Positions 47,881-56,389 of a stretch of DNA of 64,000 nt are shown here, piece after piece. The stretch is from a virus (taxonomy: Duplodnaviria; Caudoviricetes). The position numbers and the translations under genes are program-made. Position 1 is the first letter of the stretch. Every line of letters begins with the position of its first letter. The DNA lies in IMG/VR virus record IMGVR_UViG_3300028549_001137, positions 24,800 through 88,799 of that record, one strand, 5' to 3'. The notes under the pieces are model-generated. The model did no database searches. It was not told where the DNA came from and saw nothing but the letters and a program-made list of their open reading frames with translations.

Positions 47881-48743
47881 AGCACAGGTTGGGTATTATA
47901 GGTAAAGGTTATTGGGGAAGCAAAGTAATAAATTATGTGGGTGATTATTTTGAGTGTGTATACTACATTGGAAGTAATACTAAAGATATATCAATCCTTA
48001 TGGGGGATGACACTGTTAAAAATGTAATGATACTTACACCTATAGAAACTCATTATGACTTATGTTTGTTGGCGTTACGTAACGGCAAGAATGTTTTTTG
48101 TGAAAAACCAATAACGTTATATACAGATCAAGCAGAAGAACTTAAGTTTTTGGCGGATAAGAATAAACTAAAGTTAGCGGTAGATTACACTTTTACATTT
48201 TCTAAGTCTATAAAGGCGATAGCCAGTTTAAGGGAGGTACTTGGCCCGGTTAGATATTACGAAATGAATTCTAAACATCTTGGTAGATTCATGGAATATG
48301 ATGTCTATTGGTTGCTATCGTCACACTATTTAGCTGTGTTAGATATGTTTGAAGATATTTCTAAATTACATTTTACTAAGATAGACAGACTTTATAATAA
48401 TAATGTGTGTACGACTGGTGCTCTTTTGTTTGAGAGTGGTAGGATAGAGACTAGTTTAAATTATAGTGGTAAAGATGCTACTGCCATTTTTTACTTTGAT
48501 AATGCTACTATACATTACGACCCTACATCGGATGCTCCTAATTCATTAAAGTTGGTCAATTATAACACTAAGTATAAGGCGTTACCTTCAGACCTTATTG
48601 ACGCTGTGATTAATTTTAATTTTGATGAAAAGAACAATTTGAAAAACGCTGTTGAGTATTTTTGTAATCTTATCAATAATAAGGTAGGTAGTAATATAGA
48701 CACAGCTATAAAAATTACAGATATTTTAGAAAATATTGTGTAG
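47877..48743 (+). CDS. Gfo/Idh/MocA-family NAD(P)-dependent oxidoreductase
   Basis: LGIIGKGYWG, ILTPIETH, GKNVFCEKP, HY in the catalytic region. Confidence 0.88.
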   Translation: MKHRLGIIGKGYWGSKVINYVGDYFECVYYIGSNTKDISILMGDDTVKNVMILTPIETHYDLCLLALRNGKNVFCEKPITLYTDQAEELKFLADKNKLKLAVDYTFTFSKSIKAIASLREVLGPVRYYEMNSKHLGRFMEYDVYWLLSSHYLAVLDMFEDISKLHFTKIDRLYNNNVCTTGALLFESGRIETSLNYSGKDATAIFYFDNATIHYDPTSDAPNSLKLVNYNTKYKALPSDLIDAVINFNFDEKNNLKNAVEYFCNLINNKVGSNIDTAIKITDILENIV

Positions 48744-48747
48744 CCAC

Positions 48748-48775
48748 TTGACTATTGGTTTTTAGTTAGTATATT
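48748..48775 (+). promoter_or_regulatory. Promoter TTGACT-N16-TATATT
   Basis: Intergenic, read directly. Confidence 0.65.
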
Positions 48776-48785
48776 ATGAAGTATC

Positions 48786-48810
48786 GGTTGAGCATATAAT
48801 GTGTTCAACC
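48786..48810 (+). promoter_or_regulatory. 5'-leader hairpin (11 bp including two G-U pairs) between the promoter and the GGAGG SD
   Basis: GGTTGAGCATA-taa-TGTGTTCAACC. Confidence 0.45.
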
Positions 48811-48826
48811 ACATGGAGGTAACACT

Positions 48827-49015
48827 ATGAAACAAAATAAGTATGGTTTATCAGATGAAAATATTAAAAAACTACAGAGAACCAAAGAATTAGGAGAACG
48901 TGCTAGTATTATACTAGAGAAATACACTACTAAAATAAAACTGGAGAAGGAAGAAGTATTAGCAACCTTTAGAAAGTTTAGAAAGAAGTATGAAATAGAC
49001 ACAAAGGAGAGATAA
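48827..49015 (+). CDS. Small basic helical protein (62 aa)
   Basis: GGAGG SD and its own promoter. K/R/E-rich. Confidence 0.65.
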   Translation: MKQNKYGLSDENIKKLQRTKELGERASIILEKYTTKIKLEKEEVLATFRKFRKKYEIDTKER

Positions 49016-49017
49016 CA

Positions 49018-49509
49018 ATGGACTTTACTAATATAGAAATAATAGTAAGTGAGGTAGACGGTATTATAACAAATGGTGTAGATGCTATAGACGCAATGAA
49101 TAATACCATATTTAAATCATATCATGCTATGGATTTGGAGGTTATAAATCTAATCAAACCATATTTTACATTTGTGTTTTTATCTTCTGACCCGGCCATA
49201 AGTTATGGAGTGATGCGCAGTAGAAATATTCCATTTTATTTTACAAAAACAAAGTCTGATAAAAAAGTTGATGTGTTACATAAAATAATCTCAAAATATA
49301 ACACCACTCCAGAGAATCTATTGTATATTGGAAGTAAGTACTCTGATGATAAATGTATGAAGTTGGCTGAGTTTAGTGTATCCCCATATGATGGGGCCAC
49401 TCTGATAAAGAATATGGCAAACTATATATCTCCTGTGTCCGGTGGTTATGGAGTTATATGTGATGTTTACGAACTACTGATGTCAAACAAATCCAACTTT
49501 ACTGCTTGA
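49018..49509 (+). CDS. KdsC/CMAS-C-terminal-like HAD protein with substituted catalytic aspartates
   Basis: IIVSEVDGIITNG versus KdsC DVDGVLTDG, and YIGSKYSD versus YIGDDxxD. Downstream GGYGVICDVYELL matches the KdsC C-terminal GGxGAVRE region. Confidence 0.7.
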   Translation: MDFTNIEIIVSEVDGIITNGVDAIDAMNNTIFKSYHAMDLEVINLIKPYFTFVFLSSDPAISYGVMRSRNIPFYFTKTKSDKKVDVLHKIISKYNTTPENLLYIGSKYSDDKCMKLAEFSVSPYDGATLIKNMANYISPVSGGYGVICDVYELLMSNKSNFTA

Positions 49510-49533
49510 CAGTTTCAATATATGAGTTATATT
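49506..49533 (+). promoter_or_regulatory. Promoter TTGACA-N16-TATATT; the -35 box contains the upstream stop codon; precedes dnaX-polA
   Basis: Read directly. Confidence 0.7.
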
Positions 49534-49571
49534 TGGAGAGTAACAGTATTTCAATTGATATATAGGAGGAA

Positions 49572-50636
49572 GTGATGCTAATTAAAAGAACCACAGGATC
49601 CGGGTCTGATGATTTGATTACAGTGTTTAGACCCTGTAAAGTAAGTGAGATGGTAGGTCATGATATAAATAAAAATATAATAGGGAATGGTTTGGTAAAA
49701 GGTACTACTCCTCATATAATGTTATTTACTGGCCCGCCGGGGTGTGGAAAAACAACAGCCGCAAGGATAATATCTTTAGGATTGAATTGTGAGAGCACAG
49801 ATAGATCCACAGACACTCCGTGTTTAGAATGTAGTAGTTGTATATCCACCATGAATCACAACAACATGGATGTTATTGAAATAAATGTAGGTAAGTCTGG
49901 AGGTAAGGACGCTGTTGATAGACTTACTGAGAATCTAGTATTTGCTCCATTTAGTTGTAGAAATAAAGTATTGATTTTCGATGAAGCACATAAACTTACT
50001 TCAGCCGCTCAGGATTTATTACTAAAGGAGATAGAGGATGGTTATTCACATGTGTATTTTATTTTTTGTACTAATAAACCTGAGAAGTTGGAGTCAGCAT
50101 TTAGAAGCAGAACCAGTATGGGTGCGGTGCACTTCGGAGCACTATCACACCAACTCATGGAACAACTATTAGCTAATATATGTGATTATGAAGGAGTAGA
50201 GTACAATCCAGCGATCCTCAGATTAATTATTGATGGGGTAAAAGGTGTTCCAAGAGATGGTATAGGTGTGTTAAAAAAAGTAATAGACGAGGGTAGTTGG
50301 GATGAGGTTAATGTTAAAGCCTTACTTGGAGAGTTGTTGGGTGAGGAAGATATTAACATTATGGAGATGGGTAAGGCTATCAGTAGGGGAAGTTTTAGTG
50401 GGGCGCTTAAAGTATTAACTGCGCTTAAAGACGTTCCAGAGGAGCAGGTTAGAATTGCTATGGCAGGTTTTTTTACTAGTAGACTTAAGTGGGCTAAGAC
50501 AACCGCAGATGGGGATAAGATGTCATCTATCTTAGACGTAATGGTAGAACCAATACTTATGACAGGTAAGCCAGCGCATCATGCTTTGGTAAATAAATTA
50601 TATAAAGCCGCGAGGGTGGTAGGTTCTGGTCTGTAG
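49572..50636 (+). CDS. dnaX: DnaX (gamma/tau)-like AAA+ clamp loader subunit
   Basis: FRPCKVSEMVGH, FTGPPGCGKTTAARI, zinc motif C..PCLECSSC, DVIEIN, KVLIFDEAHKLTSAAQDLLLK, FIFCTN, RSR. Confidence 0.88.
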   Translation: MMLIKRTTGSGSDDLITVFRPCKVSEMVGHDINKNIIGNGLVKGTTPHIMLFTGPPGCGKTTAARIISLGLNCESTDRSTDTPCLECSSCISTMNHNNMDVIEINVGKSGGKDAVDRLTENLVFAPFSCRNKVLIFDEAHKLTSAAQDLLLKEIEDGYSHVYFIFCTNKPEKLESAFRSRTSMGAVHFGALSHQLMEQLLANICDYEGVEYNPAILRLIIDGVKGVPRDGIGVLKKVIDEGSWDEVNVKALLGELLGEEDINIMEMGKAISRGSFSGALKVLTALKDVPEEQVRIAMAGFFTSRLKWAKTTADGDKMSSILDVMVEPILMTGKPAHHALVNKLYKAARVVGSGL

Positions 50637-50684
50637 TAAATGTGGTATTAATTATAAGGAGAGGGCTGACAGTCCTAAAAAATT

Positions 50685-53600
50685 ATGAGTATTTTTTCTA
50701 TGGAAGAAGAGGCGCTACCTAAGCCTGTATATGAGTACGTAACAACAGAGGAAAGAACCCGCTCCGTTTTATCTGAGATATCTAAACATGATAGTATAGA
50801 GGTGGATACTGAGGCTACTGGGCTTGATCCATACACATCCAAAATATCTTTACTACAGATAGGTGTTCCAGGAAAAGCGTATGTGTTCGATGTAAGACAT
50901 GATACTGAGCACTCTAGTGTGCATCTTGACCTATTTAAACCATTGCTTACTAATAAACGTGTTTTAAAATTACTGCAGAACGCAGTGTTTGATATGAAAC
51001 TAATTAAACTACAGGGTGGCTACTATATTGAGAATATATATGACACCATGCTGGTAGAACAGTTATTTAATTTAGGTATAAATGTGCGGGGGGCTAGCTT
51101 GGAGGACTTGGTGCGTAAGTATTTAGGTCTTTCTATGAATAAACAACCAAGAAATACATTTGAGAACTATCATCAGAAGTTTGAACCGTATCAAATAGAG
51201 TATGCCGCAGGTGACGTAGCCATTCTAACGTTGTTAAAGGATTTACAGGAACCGAGACTTAAGAAAGAACGGTTTAAAAACGTGGCCAGATTAGAGTTTG
51301 AATTCACTAAGGCGATGTGTGAAATGGAACTTAATGGTATCACATTAGATGTTGATAAGTGGCGTATAATGATGAAGAAATCCGAAGGTGAATACATAGA
51401 GATTGGAAAAAAACTACAGAGTCAGTTGTCTGTTGGATATGGTCAGAATGTAATGTTTGGGGTACCTATAGTAAATGTAGATAGTCCAGTGCAACTTCTT
51501 AAATCTCTTAGATCTCAGGGCATTAATATTGATAATACAAACGCCAAGACTTTAAACAGGTTTAAAGGTGTGGAACTTATAGATACTCTGTTAAATTATA
51601 GGAAACTTAGTAAGTTGTTGTCAACATATGGTGAGTCGCTTATTGAAAAAATTAATCCTGTATCTGGTAGACTACATACTAGGTTTCAACAGATGGTTTC
51701 TACAGGTAGGATGTCTTCAAGCGACCCAAATCTTCAGAACATTCCAAAAAAACAACGCTTTAGAAGTTGTTTTATAGCCAAGCCAGGATATAGTTTAGTT
51801 ACGGCTGATATGTCCGGGGCGGAACTCAGGATTCTGGGTAATCTTTCTGAGGATGCTATTTTTTTAGACTGTTACGCAAGAGGTATCGACCTCCATACCA
51901 GAACTGCTTCTGAGATTTTTGAGGTGCCTATGGAGGAGATTAAAAGTGATAGACGCGGGCAGGCCAAAGCTATCAACTTCGGTTTATGCATTATAGAAGA
52001 TACCGAACTCATTACTAATTTTGGTATCAAGGCTATTAAAAACGTGGAAATAGGGAACATTGTCGCTCATGATATAGGTAGCAATAAAATAATAGATAAA
52101 AAGTATATGGGAGAGAAGGAAGTTTTTGAAGTAAAAACTAAATTTGGATATTCTATAGAAGTTACCGCAGATCATTTAATGAAAGTAGTTGATAAAGAAG
52201 GTAGATATGTAGATAAAAAATTATCTGATATAGTTATTGGTAAAGATCAGATGTGTCTTAAGTTAGGGGCTAAAATGTTTCCATCTGAATTATATAAATT
52301 TAAACCCTTTATTTATCCATGTAGAACTAATGCTAAAAACTTTTCTGTTCCAACAGAGTTAACTACAGAGTGGGCCTCGTTTATAGGCTTATTAATATCG
52401 GAAGGTCATTTACATAAAGACGGGTCTGGTAAATATAATAGTGTGCAATTTGGGATGTCTATAAAAGATATTGAATTTATAGATTATATTGATGATTTAT
52501 TTAATAAACTATTTGGTACTTATGGTAAGTCTTGTGACAGCAATATAGTAAGTTACAGTATCGCTTCTGTAAAATTAGCACACTGGTTAGTATCGATATT
52601 ATCTTTTGAAGAAGGTAATAAAACTAATACTATAGATGTACCTACATGTGTTAAAGAGTCTCCTAAAGAAATACAAATTAGTTTTTTAAAAACTTTATTC
52701 GAAGGGGACGGTACTATTTTTAAATCTGATACAACGTTTGGTATTTCATACAGTAGTAAATCATTTACATTGGTTAAGTCTATACAACTAATTTTGTTAA
52801 ACCTTGGTATTCTATCAAAATTGCGCAGTACTCCAGACAAACGTTATCCTATTAGAGATTATTATAAACTTGACATATTAGATACCGAATGTAAATTGTT
52901 ATTTATGTCTGAAATAGGTTTTATTACTAGTAGAAAAAATTATAAGGCTATCACTAATAAAACATTTAAACGATCTATTTATAATTTAAACATTTCAAAT
53001 GAAAAGTTAGTCGCGTTGCAGAAAACAGTATCTATATCACGAAAAGAAGTTAAAAATGGTAATATTGATACTTGTAATTGGTATTTATATAATAATTTGA
53101 ATATATATAAACGAAATTACATAGGTAATGCTTATTTTAAAGTTTTGTCCTCTTATGATGAAACAATAAAATTTATCAATGATAACAATATAGTTACACT
53201 ACCAATAACTTCGATTGAAAGTAAAGGAATTAAGCGAGTATATGATATTTCAGTTAAAGACCATCAGTATTTTATTGCTAACGGTTTTATAGTACATAAT
53301 TGTTACGGTCTGTCTAAGTATGGACTTGCTGAGAGGTTGAAGATTTCTGAAAACGCCTCAGAAGACATGATAAATAAATATTTTGACAGGTATAGTGGAG
53401 TTAAAAAGTATCTTGATAAATCTGCAAGTGATGCGATAAAAAAAGGCTACACTACGACTGTAAGTGGTAGAAAAAGATTCTATAATATACCTCCGTTTGG
53501 CCACCCGGATAGAAAAAAAATACAACGTTCGGTTGAAAGGGCCGCTAAAAATGCGGGAATTCAGGGGGCAAATGCAGATACGGTTAAAGAGGCGATGATT

Positions 53601-53930
53601 CTTATAGTAGATAGGTTAGCTAAAAGTGGATTAGACGCCAAACTTTTACTAACAGTGCATGACGAGGTGGTTATAGAGGCAAGAGACGGCCACCGTAAAG
53701 AGGTAGCACACATTGTATCGCAATCATTGATAGATGGTTTTGGTAAGTATTTTAATAAGATACCTATGGAGACCGACGCGCTCTCAGGCCCGTGCTGGCT
53801 AAAGGGATCTTGTGAAAATGAGCCTGCTGGTGATGGTAAAAGCTGTGGCTGTTGTGAGATGGTTTTTGTGGCTGATGAACAGTACGGGACAAAATTAGTT
53901 TGTTCCAAGTGCGGTTGTCCACAGGAATAA
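50685..53930 (+). CDS. polA: Family A DNA polymerase (3'-5' exonuclease + polymerase, no 5'-3' exonuclease) split by an intein (643 aa after splicing), with C-terminal Cys cluster
   Basis: VDTEATGL, LQNAVFD, YAAGD exonuclease motifs; TGRMSSSDPNLQNIP; motif A ADMSGAELR; motif B RGQAKAINFGL|CYG; motif C LTVHDE. Confidence 0.95.
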   Translation: MSIFSMEEEALPKPVYEYVTTEERTRSVLSEISKHDSIEVDTEATGLDPYTSKISLLQIGVPGKAYVFDVRHDTEHSSVHLDLFKPLLTNKRVLKLLQNAVFDMKLIKLQGGYYIENIYDTMLVEQLFNLGINVRGASLEDLVRKYLGLSMNKQPRNTFENYHQKFEPYQIEYAAGDVAILTLLKDLQEPRLKKERFKNVARLEFEFTKAMCEMELNGITLDVDKWRIMMKKSEGEYIEIGKKLQSQLSVGYGQNVMFGVPIVNVDSPVQLLKSLRSQGINIDNTNAKTLNRFKGVELIDTLLNYRKLSKLLSTYGESLIEKINPVSGRLHTRFQQMVSTGRMSSSDPNLQNIPKKQRFRSCFIAKPGYSLVTADMSGAELRILGNLSEDAIFLDCYARGIDLHTRTASEIFEVPMEEIKSDRRGQAKAINFGLCIIEDTELITNFGIKAIKNVEIGNIVAHDIGSNKIIDKKYMGEKEVFEVKTKFGYSIEVTADHLMKVVDKEGRYVDKKLSDIVIGKDQMCLKLGAKMFPSELYKFKPFIYPCRTNAKNFSVPTELTTEWASFIGLLISEGHLHKDGSGKYNSVQFGMSIKDIEFIDYIDDLFNKLFGTYGKSCDSNIVSYSIASVKLAHWLVSILSFEEGNKTNTIDVPTCVKESPKEIQISFLKTLFEGDGTIFKSDTTFGISYSSKSFTLVKSIQLILLNLGILSKLRSTPDKRYPIRDYYKLDILDTECKLLFMSEIGFITSRKNYKAITNKTFKRSIYNLNISNEKLVALQKTVSISRKEVKNGNIDTCNWYLYNNLNIYKRNYIGNAYFKVLSSYDETIKFINDNNIVTLPITSIESKGIKRVYDISVKDHQYFIANGFIVHNCYGLSKYGLAERLKISENASEDMINKYFDRYSGVKKYLDKSASDAIKKGYTTTVSGRKRFYNIPPFGHPDRKKIQRSVERAAKNAGIQGANADTVKEAMILIVDRLAKSGLDAKLLLTVHDEVVIEARDGHRKEVAHIVSQSLIDGFGKYFNKIPMETDALSGPCWLKGSCENEPAGDGKSCGCCEMVFVADEQYGTKLVCSKCGCPQE
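51987..53300 (+). mobile_element. Intein with LAGLIDADG endonuclease (438 aa) in polymerase motif B
   Basis: Starts CIIEDTEL, TADHLM, FIGLLISEG / LFEGDG, ends FIANGFIVHN followed by Cys+1. Confidence 0.92.
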
Positions 53931-54991
53931 TGGGTAGAAAACACACCATAGAGTTTGTACGGGAGTCTTTTAATGGTGAAGGTTACTCCCTTATTAGTAC
54001 CGAGTACACTCACAGCAAACAGATTCTTGATTACGTATGCCCTAACGGACATACTCACTTTGTTAGGTGGAACGATTGGCAACAAGGTAAGAGATGTTTT
54101 TATTGTTCCACCAATGTTGGTGCTTCATATACCACTATTAAAAAATCATTTGAGGATGAAGGCTACATCCTGCTAAGTAAAGAATACAAAAATAATCGTA
54201 CAAAGCTTGATTATATTTGTCCTAATAACCATCAACACTCAGTTACTTGGGGGCATTGGAGTTCATCTAATAGCAGATGTCCTTATTGTTTGGGATACGG
54301 TCGTTACACTATAGTGGATGTAGAAGATTTGGCCGGTAGTATAGGCTATACTCTATTGTCCCCCACGTACAGTACTTTAACAACTAAGATGGGCTTTATA
54401 TGTAATAAAGGGCATATGATAAGCATGTCTTTTGATTCATTGCGACAAGGTCATAGGTGCTCAGAGTGTATGCGTAATAAAAAACACGATATAGATTTGA
54501 TTAGGGGAGAATTAAGTACTGAAGGGTACGTGTTGTTAACTAAAAAATATATAAATAATAAACAAAAGTTAGTGTGTATTTGTAGTAGAGGACATAAATG
54601 TAAGATTATGTTTGGTGGTTGGTGTAGTGGTAGACGTTGCCCTGTTTGTAAAGGTATTAATCTATCCATTAATAGAACAGGAACAGGGCATCCGAATTGG
54701 CAAGGTGGGGTATCTTTTGAACCTTACTGTGAGGCATGGAAAGATCAGGAATACAAACAAGATATAAAAAACCGCGATGGGAATATCTGCCTTAATCCAT
54801 ACTGCTATGGCACTGACACAGTTTTATCCATCCACCATATTGACTACAATAAAAAGAACTGCGCGCCAAGTAATCTTATTACTGTGTGCCGCTCATGTAA
54901 TTCAAAAGCTAACTATAATAGAACTTGGCACACGTCTTGGTACCAAGCAATTTTAAACAGGAGGTACGGTTATGAGTATAGAAAATTTTAG
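53930..54991 (+). mobile_element. Second free-standing HNH homing endonuclease gene with four zinc-ribbon repeats (paralog of 29333-30397)
   Basis: TAATG overlap with the polA stop. Shared SFEPYCEAWKDQEYKxDI..RDGNxCLNPYC..HHIDYNKKNC..NLITxCRSCNSKAN. Confidence 0.85.
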
Positions 54992-55874
54992 AAAGGACCT
55001 TGACAGTGTAGGCACAGTACATATAGTTAATGAACTTGGTGACATAGTCATTGAGGATTTGAAACTAGTTTTTGAATACTGTGTTTTCAAAGATATGTGT
55101 GAGAACATATCAGGGATGCATAGGACTTTTCATATTAAAAAACAAAAAGAGTATATGGATAATGGGTACATACTTTACGTTATATTCGAGGATGAGTATG
55201 AAAATAAACGAGATATTGTTATGTCTAGGCTTAAGAATCTTTTACAGAGAAACGCAGGGATAAAGATATATGCTAGACAGTGTGAGGTTAGAGAGATAAC
55301 AACTAAAGAATCATCTCCATTTATCAACAAGTTTCATATACAAGGTAATGCGGGTTCAAGGGTTAAACTTGGTTTGTTTAAAAGTAGTGGCTTAGGTTAT
55401 GTCGATTTGGTTTCTGTGATGACATTTGGAAAACTGTCAAGAGCTAAGGGTAATAAAAATATTACTGATACTGATTGGGAGTTGTCCAGATTTTGTTCTG
55501 ACAGCAACTACCGTTGTATAGGTGCCGCTGGAAAGTTAATGAAACATTTTGAAAGAAACTACAAATGGACATCTATACTTACGTTTGCGGATAGACGGTG
55601 GTCTCCTACAGGTGGGGTGTATCCTAAGATAGGTTTTGGAGATCGTGTGGACACTCAGGCAAACTACTACTATCTAAAGGTACCTGAGTACAGCAGTAGA
55701 ACACATAGATTTGCTTTTAGGCGTAATGTACTGAGAGATAGGTGCGTGTTAGAAACCAACCTAACAGAGGAAGAAATCTTGAGTAAGACAGAGTTTCAAT
55801 TGGCAATCGATTTGGGGTATGATCGTATTTGGGACTGTGGTAATTATAAGTTCATGAAGTATAATGATAATTAA
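54972..55874 (+). CDS. Hef-like homing-endonuclease-family protein with an eroded DUF559-like N-terminus
   Basis: YARQCEVREI..FINKFHIQG..LVSVMTFG..WELSRFC..GAAGKL..TFADRRWS..YDRIWDCG is a pattern I recognise from phage Hef-like proteins. Confidence 0.65.
   Translation: MSIENFRKDLDSVGTVHIVNELGDIVIEDLKLVFEYCVFKDMCENISGMHRTFHIKKQKEYMDNGYILYVIFEDEYENKRDIVMSRLKNLLQRNAGIKIYARQCEVREITTKESSPFINKFHIQGNAGSRVKLGLFKSSGLGYVDLVSVMTFGKLSRAKGNKNITDTDWELSRFCSDSNYRCIGAAGKLMKHFERNYKWTSILTFADRRWSPTGGVYPKIGFGDRVDTQANYYYLKVPEYSSRTHRFAFRRNVLRDRCVLETNLTEEEILSKTEFQLAIDLGYDRIWDCGNYKFMKYNDN
55000..55027 (+). promoter_or_regulatory. Possible internal promoter TTGACA-N16-TATAGT inside the Hef-like gene
   Basis: Same spacing as the five intergenic or stop-overlapping copies, but within coding sequence. 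Confidence 0.35.
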
Positions 55875-55892
55875 AAATAAAGGAAAAAAATT

Positions 55893-56384
55893 ATGAGCAA
55901 TACAACAAGAGTAAGAGGATTTGAAGTAGTAGCACCAGAGTATCTCAAGAGCCACGACAAGACGGAAGATGTTATTCTACCTTTGAGAGGTACTGCTAAG
56001 TCTGCGGGGTATGATTTTTTTCTTCCCGAGGATATAGAGATTTTACCACAGAGTTTTGTGCTAGTTTGGACAGATGTTAAAGCATATATGCAACCTAACG
56101 AGGTTTTGGAACTGTATCCAAGGTCTTCCGCAGGCATAAAAAACGACATCATGATTAAGAATACTGTAGGTATTGTGGATATGGATTACTATAGCAATGA
56201 ACGTGATGATGGTAATATTAGATTGTACCTTTGGAATTTTGGAGATAGAAATAGGTGCTTTAATAAGGGTGACGCTATAGCTCAAGGGATATTTAAACCC
56301 TTCCTAGAGTCAGATAACTGCAACACAGATACTAAACGTGTAGGCGGCGTAGGGTCTACTGATAAAACAATTAAGGGGGCATAA
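55893..56384 (+). CDS. dut: Trimeric dUTPase
   Basis: RGTAKSAGYDF, YPRSSAG, GIVDMDY, IAQGIF, RVGGVGST. Confidence 0.95.
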   Translation: MSNTTRVRGFEVVAPEYLKSHDKTEDVILPLRGTAKSAGYDFFLPEDIEILPQSFVLVWTDVKAYMQPNEVLELYPRSSAGIKNDIMIKNTVGIVDMDYYSNERDDGNIRLYLWNFGDRNRCFNKGDAIAQGIFKPFLESDNCNTDTKRVGGVGSTDKTIKGA

Positions 56385-56389
56385 TAACT

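Noticed and set aside
51790-51840. Polymerase motif A variant DMSGAELR as a sign of modified-nucleotide use
   Set aside because: Gly at this position also occurs in ordinary phage polymerases such as T7 (DASGLELR), so it is not diagnostic.
53561-54085. 174-aa minus-strand ORF, and similar ones at 57115-57594, 31754-32149, 30619-31002, 26815-27186 and 27787-28128
   Set aside because: All lie antisense to well-supported genes and have no recognisable motifs, so they are treated as shadow ORFs.
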